This document shows, in pieces, positions 26,176-39,089 of a stretch of 64,000 nt of DNA. The DNA comes from Microbotryum violaceum (Eukaryota). The first letter of the stretch is position 1. The number at the start of each line of letters is the position of its first letter. The notes below the pieces were generated by a model. It was not told where the DNA came from. It did not search any database and saw only the letters and a list, made by a program, of their open reading frames with translations. The stretch covers positions 2,666,001 through 2,730,000 of the forward strand of contig CDLV01000005.1 in the NCBI GenBank assembly GCA_001244265.2, read 5' to 3'. The position numbers were made by a program, and so were the translations under genes.

Positions 26176-27604
26176 ATGATCGATCCTCAACTTTTGGATC
26201 GGCATCGCCAGCTGCCGTCGCCGACATCCTCGGCTCTTTATGTCTCGGGTTCGGAGTCTCGGGGCGAGCTCGATCAACCGTCCGCCGACGCCCCGTCCGC
26301 GGCATACGCTCGACTCGATGGTCCCTTGCCCATGTCCGATGCGGCAAGATCCTACACCCAGGAACGACAGAGGTACCACGATATGCAACAACAGCAACAA
26401 CAACAGCACCAGCAGCTGCAATCGACGTCGACCCGCCAGCCTTCCTCCGGCGCCGCGCACCGCTCCGACGCCACGCCGGTCACTGCTGGTTCGAGCTCGG
26501 CGAACAGACGATCGGCGCAAGAGTCGGTGTCGGCGTCATCGGCTTCGAGCTCAAACTCTCCCAGCAGTCGAGCCTCGGGGACGGGTTACTCTGCTCCTAT
26601 ACATCGAGTCTATGTGCTCAACTGTGCAACATGCGATCTCTTCCTTTCTGATCGAGGCATGAGGGTTAGTCCTAAGATCTTGGCCTTGGGTGGGAACGGC
26701 GCGGTGGCCCCTGACTCTTCAAAGCCGCCGTGTATCCTTGGCGCCTTCTGCGCAACAAATCTCGAAAAACTGATCAAGTCTTCTTCTACTTGCCTCAGGC
26801 CGTTCTTCTCCTCAAACCAAATATTGTCCTGTTCTCGACCGACGCGAGCCCCCTCAATGCTAGTCCCGTATGGCCGCTAGGGACAGACGACCCGACTGCG
26901 GAGCGAACTTGCGATTGTTTGGTGAGTTCGCGGCTTTGACCGCAGCGGAACGAGCTTCTCGAAGAACGTACTAAATTTGAGATATCGTGCACAGACCTCT
27001 TCGCTCGCGTGCCATGGTTGCGGAAGCACGATCGGTTACCATATCGTACAGCCGTGTGCACGGTGCTCGGTACGTCCGCGAGCAGGCTGTGAAAGCCATC
27101 GTTGGGTTCTTAAGCTGAGCTGTGTTGGCGTCCCACTGGCGATTTTCCTCACAGGCTTCCGTGGCCAAGCACCAACGGTCCGCGAATCACCATCGCTACG
27201 TCTTTCACCACAACGAAGTCAGTGCGTGTGAACGGCGCTACTTTGCGAGCGAGCCGGGCGTCGTGAACCTTGGCGTCCCTGCATCGCGCGTCGGTTCGCC
27301 CGCCCCTTCACGAGGGAGCTCCCCCGCTCCTCCTTTGCCGATGGCAACCGAAGTCAACAAGGATGCACCGGCCAACAACACCCGATTTGCGCCGTCAAGT
27401 CCACCACAAGGTGGTCTTTCTCCAGCCCATGCTTTGTCATCTCGATCAGCGTCGGTTCAACCTGTCGATCGACACGGGAGGAATATGGGCCTCCGTCCCG
27501 GCGACGTCGTTTACTGGCACAACCTCGTCTCGGGAGGCGAAAAGGCCGAGGCGATCGATCCCGCAACTCGACCTTTTGTCGCGAAAGAGATCGCTGGCAG
27601 GTAG
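26176..27604 (+). CDS. FAM72-family zinc-binding protein (4 exons)
   Basis: VYVLNCATCDLFLSDRGMR|AVLLLKPNIVLFSTD...RTCDCL|TSSLACHGCGSTIGYHIVQPCARCS|..SANHHRYVFHHNEV; poly-Q N-terminus. Confidence 0.85.
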
Positions 27605-28022
27605 AGAGTTGAGAGGGAACTTTTCCACGCGACCACGACACTATACCATCGTCCTTCGTCGCTCAATTGTTTCTTCGTGCCGTCTTTTTCGCACTCGCAC
27701 TCGCAATCCGCATTCAGACTGCATCGCATTGTTCTCCAACGTTCTTGTGCTTCCTGCGCAGCACATCTCATCACCTTTGTGATCGACATTCTCTTGTTGT
27801 TCTCTCATTGCACATCTTCGAGGCCGCTGGTACTCTTCATTCATTCTTTCGTTCCATTCTTCCTGCTTGCGTCACCTTGGCTTCATAAGGAACTTCTCCC
27901 TCCTTGGTTTTCAACCCTTGCTGTTCTATTTATCGTTTCCCGCTTTGTTTACCATTACTGCAACCCTTGTTACCCTCTCATTTCTCCCCAAACTCCAGAG
28001 GTTTCATATTTGAAACGGCCAG

Positions 28023-31000
28023 ATGGAGAGGTCCAAGCTCAAAAGCAAGCTCAAGCCACACGCTCGCGCCTCTCTCACTAGCGGCCGTCTGGCCTCCTCT
28101 CTTGGCCAGCCTACACACACTCGGACCTCAAAAACGATCCACCGACCGACGACGGGGCCTCCTCGCGACTTTGTTTCGGGGTTCTACGCCACCGCGTTGA
28201 CGGTGCCAAAGAAAGATATGGAGATGCGAGGTCGATGGCTGCCCGCTCAACAAGTCTCGTTCGGATGTGTGACGTCGTCGTTTGAGCCCCTTGCGAGCGC
28301 TGAGGGGAAGGGGGAAGCTGGTGGGAGCCTCGTCGCTGACGGTGCCAGTGGGAGAACGAACGGCGTGGCAGTCGCACCTCATGAGCAGGTCTCGGAGGAG
28401 GCACAGGGGAGAGGGAGAGGAGAACGGGGTGTGCTCAATCCACATCAGGTCAGTACGGAGATGGGTGTGCTGTGGGGCCGTGCAGTGGAGCGATGAGCTG
28501 GCAAGCGGCGAGCGTAGATTGTTGATTGCACTCCCCCCGCGAGCCTGGGGGAGGTGGGGGCAAGCCGGGGGGCCCGGCGTGTCGCGGAACGAACGCCGCG
28601 ATGGAGGTGTGCTGAGGGGAGATTAAGGGGTGAAATGGGCGAAGAAGTACATGGATTAAGATTCGAGGCACTATGTGGAGGTGTGATGTTGGATCGAGCG
28701 GCGTGCCACGCGTGGTATCCGTCGCAGCATCCTGGGGGACGACCCTGACAGCTCATCATTCAGCCGCTTCCAAATCGCGCGCTCCGTTGCCTCAATATTT
28801 CTAGGCATCTCAGCAGCGTGTACTGGAACTAACATATCATCCGTTTGTTCTGGTACAGGTTGCACTAGAAGTAGGCGACGAGGTGTACGTCTTTGAGGTC
28901 TTCAAGCCGGACGACGCCGACGATCCGGTGTGGTATCGAGGCTACGCCGTGTCGACTTCGCCTCGGCCGAGGTTGCCGACGAGCATATCACTCGACCAAC
29001 AGGCCTTTCCTTCGATGACAGCCGCTTCACCTGGGTTGAGCCTCACTGAAGAGCCTCAAGGTGCGTTTGGGCTCTGGGCCGAGCGCCGACCGCTCCCCTG
29101 AGCTAGAGCTCACGTGATCTTGCCGGCGCTGAGCGACGTTTCTTGCGCAACAGTCTCGGTCGGCATCTTCCCAGCGTCGCATGTACAGATCCGGGATTCG
29201 ATCGACAGTAGTGAACACTCAGAACCGACACAACGAATAGCAGCTGATGCAGCCTCCGCCTCCGCTAACGGGGAAGGAGCACCTCGACCACCGACCCATC
29301 GTGATCTAATGGCAGGGCGTATGGAGCCCTTGCAGGAAGAGAATGAGGATGAAGCGAGCGACGAGGTCGGCACCTTCGTAACGTCGACAAGAGAGCAGTC
29401 GAGGCAGAAGAACCGAGCGTCCGTCATTTCCATCTCTTCGTTCGTCGGATCGCTCGCGACCGAATTGCAGACCTCGTTCAAGCAGTCTCGTTCGCTGCAA
29501 TCCCCGGACGGGTTCCTCGGGAGGATGTTCGATCCTCGGCCTGCTCCGCCACTACCGAACCTCAAGTGCGGCGACGAAACCGCGAGTGGATTCGAAGAAC
29601 CGCTGATTGACGAGATCGCGTGTGCGTTGAGAGAGTGGGCGTCCCTGCTGTACACCCATCTCTACCGACGCGACTACGCCCTCTTCGACTCCGTCAAACA
29701 ACACATCGAGGTGCTACACAGTGGGAGGAAGCAGCTTTTGGCCCAAGGTCTGAGTCGAGCCGAGACGGACAAGTTGAGGAGGGAACTCGTATCTCGGCTC
29801 GTGCAGGGGAATGTCGAGCAAGGGCTTGACGTCATTGTGCGACATCCTCAATACGGCGGGTTCGTTGACGTAGGTGTGGAAGGCGATGTTGAAAGGAAGG
29901 CTTGGGTCTCGGTCGTCAAAATGTGTAAGGACGGGTTTGGCCCCCGACGTCGCGTGCTGCGCTCGCTAACCTATGCTTTGACATCCGTAGACGCAATGCA
30001 GGTTGCGCTGGCTTATTCTGGGGCCGACCCAAAATCATCGACGGCATCGGTCCTACCTCCTACCGCTCCGGCGCTATCCGATGAACCCTCCTCCTCACCC
30101 ATCACTTCCAATACCAGTCGATTTGCCGAGCCCAACTTGTTCCAGATGACGCCAGACAAAACCCAGGCCGCGGCACCGGCTGTTCCGCCGAAACCCCTGG
30201 CCAAGTTTCACCACGTCTTTGTCGACGTGCGTTCGTTCAACGCATCGCCTTGCCTACCGGGTGAACTCGTAGAGCTCTACTTTGCCCTCTTCAACAAGAC
30301 CGACTCGAGGTACATCACCGAGGAGTGGTGCGTCGTCTTGAACCACCTCGGGCAACACGTCAACGATGCCGAGTCGAAGCAAGGTCGCATGCGCACGCTC
30401 TTTCTCGATCTATCCCAGAGTGATGTGCAAGATCAACTCTTCCTGGTTTGTCGCATCGTCAAGAATGCCTCGAACAAGAACACCCATGGGAGCCCCGAGC
30501 TGGGCTCGACATTGACCTTGGGAGGATCATTGAGGAGGCCCTCCTTCTTTCCGACCCCTGGCTCACCTCAATTGACCACGACTGACGATGCTTCGACAAT
30601 TCCTGGCTTCTCAATGTCGGCGACCGACCTCAGCCTCGCTGAGCATGGCGGGATGCTGCTGAGTGATGCGAGCGGTCGTCAGACCTCGCGCAGGCCGTTC
30701 GGGTGCGCCGTACTCGAGATCAGTCAGTTCGCCAAAGCGAGCGAGACTTCGGTCGAACACTCGATGCCAATCTTCGTTCCCATTCACGAATCGAATTTCT
30801 CTCTACTCCACGAGGACATCATCGCGAGTCGAATTAAAGAGATCGAGCGTAGCCCATGCGCTGAGTCGCTTTCGGTCAACGTGCGGATCCTGTATGGAGA
30901 AGCCAACGCGTTGCGCAAGAGTATGCCGCAACTCCTCGATGGAGTGCCATTGACGAATCGGTTGGGCTTCCCTGACGTCGTCTTCCCCGGGGATCAGCGC

Positions 31001-34000
31001 AACGAGATCTACCTCAAGATCTGGAACGGGACCTTCTCAAGCGTCAGTGGGATGACGGGGACGACGAGGGGTTTGGCTCAATTGACGGCAGTCGCTGGAG
31101 GAGGGGCGAAGAATATCGAGGTTACGGCTGAAGTCAGGACAAGGGATGGTCGAGCGGTCGAAAGGGCCATCTCGCGCGGGGCCGGGGAACCGAATGTGAC
31201 ACAGTTCCAGTCCATCACGTACAAGTCCAACAACTCGCCTAGTAAGTGCATATGGTCGACGACACTGTGAGCAGACGCTGTGAGCTGACGCATACGCTAC
31301 TTTTCTCGCTGCAGCTTGGGCCGAATTGCTCAAGCTCGAGATCCCGGTCGAGCTGATGGAGAGCTGTCACGTCTTCTTCACCGTTCGATCGCGTGGGTCG
31401 AAAGAACGTGGCCCACCCGGGGCACCACCAACCGAGCGACCATTCGCATTTGGCTACATGCCCCTCTTGCTCAACAATTCCGCATTCCAATCCGATGGAT
31501 CTCATGTGCTGATGATGTACAAGTATGACGTCAACGCTGCGATCCCCTCCGTCTACCTTAAGGCGCCGTCACTGCGCACGGCGGACAGCAAGGAGGCGCT
31601 GGAGGCGTTGCCGGCTTACACAAACAAGACGCTGGTCCTTTTGAAGGACACCTTGACGGTGCGATCGTTCCTCGTCTCGACGACCTATACGCAGAACGAA
31701 ACACTGCTCAAGCTGCTGCGGTGGGAAACGGAGCTCATGCAGGACAGCGAGGCGCTCAAGGACACGCTCACCAAGCTACGCTTCTGCAGCGAAGTCGAGG
31801 TGTGCAAGTTCCTAAGACCCATGTTTGACGCCTTGTTCGGGATCCTTGCAAGGCATCCTACCGGCGACGTCGACGATCTCGTCTTTCACGCGCTCGTCAC
31901 GATCCTGGGCTTCGTCTCGGATCGACGATTCCACAATTTCCGACCCGTCTTGAATGTCTACATCGACCAGCACTTTTCCAACTCGAGCGCTTCCTCGCAT
32001 ATCATTAGTTCCCTACACAAGCTGCTACGTGACCCCTCTAGTCCCGAGGCGGGCACGACATTGCGTGCGAGCATCAAAGTGTGGCATTACCTGTTCAAGT
32101 TCGTCGTCACCTCTCGCGAGATCCAACGCGCCAAGGACGTCGGCTCCGGCGTCACGTCCGATCACCTCGAAATGACATTCAAGCGTGACTTGTCGGCCCT
32201 GTTGACCCAAATCAATTTCCTCATGCGTATGTCAACGCCTTCGTCCATCATTGGGACGCAGACGTTGGCGGTGCAACATTTCGCGAGCATCCTTCCCGAT
32301 TTGGCCAAATGTTTTGATCCACAAGAACTTGCCGACCTCGCGATCTCGTTCTGCGATTCCGTCACTCCTAAAGGCAAGATTGCGATCTGGAAGATTCTTC
32401 TGCAGAGTCAACTCGTCAACGGGGTGCTCTTTACGCCTTCCGTCGGTCGAGCTGCGCTGGTACCGAACCTCGTCCGCTGGCTCAAGTCGGCGCTGGGCAA
32501 ATTCGACGAACATGCCATGTGCTCGCCCAAAGACACGGAGGCGATGCGTGACAATGCTCGAGTCGCATGGGTCGAAGGAATACGGCTCGCGAATGGTGTC
32601 GTCGCGGCCATGCTCGACTCGATTCACACCGCACTGGTCAGCCACGAGGTTCAAGCAAGTCGGGGCCAGCTCGCACAAGAGCAGGACAACATCGAGTACT
32701 TATTGGCGCTGGTCCCCAAGTTGCTCGAGTCGTACCGCGAGCTCGAGAATATCGCGAACCTCGAATCGATCGCTCGACAGCGGTCGACGGCTTCCGTCAT
32801 TGCCGCGGTCCCGACTGTCTTCCCCTCGAGCTACCCGTTCTCGCTCATCGCGCTCCCGCCTAACCACTTGCATCGCGAGAAGGCGAGACAGCGCGCCAGA
32901 GCGCGGTCGCATGTACCTGATGCGCAGTCGGAGGAGGATGAAGGCACGCCTGTGTCACTTCAGGGTGGTGTTGGAGAAGTCGCCTGCGTCTTTATTGCCA
33001 TCTTGCATCTTGCCCCCTGCAAGATCTTCACCAACTGGCTCGAGTCGATCTCCGAAGTCGAAAGCAAGGACAAGTTCGGCCAAATGCTCGCGCAAATCTT
33101 TCGCGTCTCAAAGTCGATCCTCTCCGACGATGGGGCCTCCGCGGCCTTCCCTTCGGAATGGCTCAGTATCTCGATCCTCGCGCATCAGGTGATCGTCAAG
33201 ATCCTCGATCCGATCGCCGACATTCTCGAACGCGATTTCGTCCCTGCCTCATCGGCATCGTATACATTCAACACGTCGCTCTGGCGGGACTTCTTCAGCA
33301 TGCTGCTGCGACTGTTGGGGAGCCCGCAATTGCTCATCGAAGACTTTTCGCCTCAAAAACGAAGAGCTGTATGGAGACTCGCTGGGGATCTCCGAGGCGA
33401 AGGGGCCAAAGTGCTCGGCCGACTGTGGAACGCGATCGGCGGGCCTGAGCAGCGATCGAGGGTAAGAACCGGCGGCTATCAAGTCCAATTCGTTCCAGGT
33501 CTTGTCGGGGACGTCCTAACGCTATGCCTTTCGCACCACGACGAGCTGCGCAAAACGGCCGTCCAAGTCCTGTTCTCCATGATCGTGAGCGAATACTCCC
33601 TCAATGACAACTTTAGGGCCATCGAAGCCGAAGTGATCGATCGTCTCGACAAGCTCTTCATGTCCCAAACGAAGAACCACGAGATCTCGCGCGCCTTCTT
33701 CGTCAGTCAACTCAAGACCTTGTTCGACGAGGCCAAGATCGAGACCAAATTGAGGGAACAGGTCGAGACGTTCATCGCTTCGGTTAATTCGTTCTTGGAT
33801 TTGTTGTTGGCTGTGAGGAATTTGCCGGACGGGGAAGAGTATCAAGAGGATCGGATTATTAGTACGCTCAAATTGATGTCGTTCATTCGAGGGATTGGGA
33901 GGAGTGAGATATTCGTGCGCTACGTCAATCGACTTGTTTCCTGTGAGTGGGAATTGTTTCCGGTGAATCTCGAATGTCCCATAACTGACCTGACCTATCC

Positions 34001-36162
34001 CCATAGATCACATTGCCCTCGGGAACGAAACGGAAGCGGGTCTGACGTTGATGCTTCACGCCGACCTGCACACTTGGGATCTCAAGACCTACGTCGACGC
34101 ACTTCCGGATCTCGGCTTCCCCCGACAGACTGCGTTCGCACGGAAAGAGTGCGTGCAGATTACGTCTTTTTGCGACAAAAAGACTCCTCAATTGACTGCC
34201 CCCCCCCCCCCCCCCTCTTCACAGATCGCTCTACATGCGTATCCTCGAACACATGACCAAAGGCAAAGCATGGGAGACGGCTCTCGCTTTGTGCAAGGAA
34301 TTGCAGCAGCAGTACGAGACGCAGAATTTCAACTACGCGCGTCTATCGGAGCTATTAATTCTCCAGTCCGAGCTGTACGCGAGCATCATCAAGGGCGATC
34401 GTCAATTCGGGTATGTAGTGAACCGAGACCGAGATCACCAGGAAATCAGGGACTGATTGGCTGAATCTTTGACTGCATACAGCGACTTTTTCCGCGTGGC
34501 GTTCTACGGCAATCGGTTCCCCTCTTCCGTTTCGGGCAAGCAATTCATTTATCGGGCGGCGCCGAACGAGAGATTGGAAACGTTCACGGAGAGAATGCTT
34601 AACAAGCATCCGAACGCGACTTTGCTCAAATCGTCAATGATCCCACCTGACGACGTACAATACTCCGACGGTCAACTGCTTCAAATCACCGCTGTTACGC
34701 CCGAACCGGATGCGACGACACCCATGTTGACCAATCCCGATGTACCACCCTCGATCAAGGCCTACTACCAGCAGAACGAGACGCACATGTTCAGCTTCTC
34801 ACGTCCTTTCATACGAGAAGGAGGAGATAAAGCTAGCGCGGAGAGCGAATTCATGAACGAATGGGTTGAGAAGACAGTCTTGATCTGCGAGGATTCGTTC
34901 CCTACCGTTTTGAGGCGGTCCGAAGTTGTCGAGATTCGCATTATCGAGATCTCCCCGATCGAGATGGCGATTGCCGACGTCGAATCGCAACGCCAAGGAT
35001 TGAACGAGTTGCAACAACAGTATACAACCTTGGGCCTTCAAGATGCGTCGTACGGGTCGGCTTCGCTAGAGAGGATCAACACGCAGCCCTTGTCACTGGC
35101 TTTGAACGCGGCCGTCGATCCGCCACCCCAACAAGGGGTGCCGATGTATCGTCGCGCCTTCTTTGGGGTGGAGTATGCCGTGATGAATCCGGGCAAGACG
35201 TCGTTGATCCAAAAGTTGCAAGAGGAGATCGATCAGCTCGTGAGTCCGGACAGAGTATTTAAGAGTGCTCGAGTCTCAGTCCTGACCGAGTATCGTTTGG
35301 CTTTGATCAGGTGCTCGTGATAGGTAGATGCCTCAAACTGCACGCCGTTCTATGTTCCCCGGACATGGGTCCCTTCCACGCGACTTTGGAGGATTTGTAC
35401 GCCAAGACGTTCGCGAACGAATTGAGTCGGCTTCCCGAAGAGACGTTCGACGCGACTGAATTCGCCATCTTGGAGTCCGACGGCGCTGCTCCCAACCCCA
35501 TGAGCTCTCCACGATTCCCTACGAGGGCCAATGGCGGATCATCGTCCCGCATCATGGGAGGTTCGAACACGCAGCCCGTGCTGCGAACGCAAGGGAGTGT
35601 CTTGGTTTCAACTGGGAAGGAGCCGACGATCGCTCGAGCAGACGCTGCTACGCCGACGAGTACGCTGGGAGGGTCGTCGAGATCCAACAGCGTCAGTACG
35701 TTGACGCCTTTGAAAGGAAGGGAATCGACGTCAACGACGGTCGCTGTGGGCGTGCATGGATCGCCTTCCTACGCCGTGTATTCCATGACGAGTGGGCCAT
35801 CCTCCCTGCAGAGAACAGAATCGATGCTTTCGATCGCTACGACGGCGACGACGACGACGACGACTCACCGAGGACCGAACGCCAGTACAACGACGTTGGA
35901 TTCCCTTCAAGCACGACGCCCTTCTTCACCCGCTACGTTCTCGATCAGTTCGAATTCGACGGCAACGAAGAGAAAACCTTCTTTGGCGGGGGATGGGTTG
36001 TCCAAGCAGAGGTTGGCGAATTTGGCGGCCCCTTTCAATGGCAAGAATAGCGGTGGGTTAAGGAGCAAGGATACTGGAGGAAGGAATAGCGTGTTTGGAA
36101 ACTTGTGGAAGAAGAAGGGGTCGACGCTGCCGACGGGGCAGGAGTTCTCGGATCAGTTCTGA
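28023..36162 (+). CDS. DOCK-family Rac/Cdc42 guanine-nucleotide exchange factor (SH3-like, DOCK_N, C2/DHR-1, DHR-2); 5' exons uncertain
   Basis: LEVGDEVYVFE..WYRGY; VSVGIFPASHV; LKCGDETASGFEEPLIDEIACALREW; RRPFGCAVL; RLGFPDVVFPGDQRNEIYLKIW; FFRVAFYG; FTERMLNKHPNA; WVEKTVLICEDSFPTVLRRSEV. Confidence 0.93.
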
Positions 36163-36494
36163 GTGCGGGTCGAGGGTTCGTCTCCTCTATATACATATCA
36201 ACTCCTTTTATTTTCCATATTAGTTTTGTTTGGTGCCCTCGTGTTTGTCTGTACAGCTTCTTCATCTTCTTGATATACCAAAATGAATATTTGTGGGACC
36301 GAACTGGGATGAATTACTGATTAGTAATCGACGCGGGGATTTAATGAGAGCATATAATATCGACGGCCGGCTTGGGGTTGCTTCGCGCCCGAGTTGGGCT
36401 CGCCGCTGCGATCGGGCTTTCGCTTGCTCAGCTGCTCAGCCGCTCAGCTCTCGCGCACACGACAGACGGCACACACCCACCTACACCGCACCCC

Positions 36495-37272
36495 ATGGTC
36501 AGTTGAACACGGTCCAGCTTTGACAATTTCTTGGCTGACTCTGCTGTCCCCGCAACGTGCAGTCCGCGCCGCGTATCCTGGCCCAAGTAGTCGTGTTGGG
36601 TTCGCAGATTCTCGGCAAGGCGTTCGTCGAAGCATGGCGACAAGCCGCACGAAGTACGTCTCTCTGGCACACACCACTCTGACCACCTCCCCCTATCCCA
36701 ATTCATCTCAACCGTTTCCTTTCCCCCCGTAGACGCGCAGGGAACAGGTCGAGCCGGTTCGTCGTCGATGAACGGAGGGGGTAAAGGCTCTTCCGCGCTC
36801 GACGGTTTGACGAGGACCCATCGCATGAGTTTGGACGAAGCGACCGATATCCTGAACCTCAAGAGGAATGCCGATTTGGCGAGCGAGACCGAGTTGCAAA
36901 AGATGCTCAAGGTCAGTCGGTCGCGATCGGTCCGGAACGGCGCACGGGAGAGGGGGATGTCGCCATCATGAGCTGGTTTCCGTCGAATGGCACAACTTGA
37001 GAGAATCAACACTTAAATCTTCGTTCTATCCCCCTACCCAACAGAACTTTGACCACCTCTTTAAAGCCAATATGCCGACTACGGCCGAGGGCAAACCCCA
37101 TTCGTCGCACTACCTCCAATCCAAGATCGTACGAGCCAAAGAGCGGATAGAGGCTGAAGTAGGAGTCAAGAAGGGTGATGGGGGCGCTACAACGGCCGAG
37201 ACAGCAGCTGCGACGGCGGCAGAAGGGACACCGGGGAGCTCGACGACGGGGCGTACACCACCGCCGAGTTAA
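36495..37272 (+). CDS. PAM16: Mitochondrial import motor subunit Pam16/Tim16
   Basis: ATG|SAPRILAQVVVLGSQILGKAFVEAWRQAAR|..MSLDEATDILNL..|NFDHLFKAN..SHYLQSKIVRAKERIEAE. Confidence 0.92.
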
Positions 37273-37557
37273 AGCCGATGGAGCACAGCATTTTCGTGTG
37301 GAAGAAGAAAGGACGGAGGCGTGGCGTTTGTCGTCGTTGACTGTAGTTCTAAATGATCCTGTACCGATCCCCACCCTCCTCTCCATCCCCCACTCTGGCA
37401 ATTCTAAAACTAATCTTCGCAACCCGTCTCGGGAGGTTTCCTCGGTTCATGCTCTCGTCGTACCTAACTTGCACTGCCCAATGACGTTTTGGGTCAAAAA
37501 CCTTTGTAATGCATCAACTCGATGCAACCCGTTAGAACGATCACCTCGATCGCGCAA

Positions 37558-38683
37558 CTACAACTTGTCAACCTTCCACAAATCATCGCCCAAATACGTC
37601 ACATTCTCTACGCCCATGTTCTTATTGATGGATCTGATATCATCCGTCGACATGGCCGTCAAGCCGATGGCCAGTGCTTCTTCTTTTCCATAGGCGTGCA
37701 CTGCGACGGGGTGGCCGACGGGTATGTTGGCTTCCGAGGGAGGGAGAAACGCTGTCGGGGAGGTGAGGCCGGGGCTGGAGGGGAGGGGAGAGGGATGAGG
37801 GAGGAAAGAGTTGGTGGGTGTGAGTATACGCCGGGGTTTTTAACTGCGAATACTTTGTAGAGAACGTACCACATGATGTTGGCACCGGAGAGAACGAATT
37901 TGATCGCTCCTCGGTCGACGCCGACTTTGGGGAGCATCTCGGGATCTACAGTAACCGGTCCCGAGAGTGAGTACAGGATTGGAGTTAATGGTGAGCAGGT
38001 AACGGACATTTGTGCAAGACCTTCAAGGTCGGGTAATACGGCCCGTCAAAGTGTTGGAAGAAGAGCGGTTCGCCGTTCAGCGCGAGGATCGAGATGTGTT
38101 CACGGCTGTAGAGCGGTTAATGAGTTCAAATGTTGGGCTATGGACATGAATTTGGCGGTGAGCTGCACTGACCACTTGACGAGTGTGATCTGGCTCTTCT
38201 TGGGCCAGAGCACGTCCAGGACGGTGAGCACGTCCCCACCGTCCTGCTGCGTGCCCGTCGCCCCCTCCTCCGCTGCGGGCTGTTCATCTTCCTGTACGGC
38301 CTTGCCTCCCCTGCCTCCCTTGCCACCCTTCCCTTTGCCACCCCCACTTGCACTCGCCTGCGCCTCCGCCGCTTTCCTCTTGTCCTTCGCGGCGCCCTTG
38401 TTCCTGCCCTTTGTACTGCTCAGCAACTGTTCCTCCACTTCCGAATCATCGTCCGAGTCCAAGCTCGTCGATGCGGAGGGTGCTAAGGCGGGTAAGGAGA
38501 GGTAAGTGATTTGGGAGAGTAGTTTGGCGCGGTGTTGGCGTTGGATCGAGGATTTGATCGCTGTCGAGGAGGCGACGTCTTCTTTGGGGTGAAATCTGGG
38601 GCAGGGGAAGAAGGGGAGAGCGTGCTTAGGAGGAACCGTGTAAAGGTTCATGAAAGAATAAAAGGAACCTACTTTTTGAACAT
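37558..38683 (-). CDS. TMA20: Translation machinery-associated protein 20 (MCT-1; pre-PUA + PUA)
   Basis: [60 protein letters not shown]|..[35 protein letters not shown]. Confidence 0.93.
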
Positions 38684-39089
38684 GGTCGGGGTGAATGGGG
38701 GGAAAGGGAGAGCAAGCTGGCCGGCCAGCGGGGAGGTCGCGCGCTCCCTTCGGCTTCCCCTCCGCTCGCAGTCACGTGCGAATCGCCGCAGAAGGCCCAT
38801 CCCCGGCCAGCACTCCCTTCAAAGTGGACTGCCTTGAACCCCACCGGCGACGTATCGCGCATGATCGAACCACGTACTGCCGAGTTGGAGGATAGAGCGA
38901 TTACCTTTGAAGGACACGCAGTTGCGTTGGACGCAGTAGCCGATGAGCGCTTTGTCGGAGGTGACGGGTTTTCCGCTCACCTCCGAGCGCGCATGGGAGT
39001 TGACAAAGAGATCGAGAGACGTTTGGGTGCAGGGACGGCGGCGAAGTTAGACCAGTCTCATTTCATTATACAGAAAGGTGCTCACAGGA

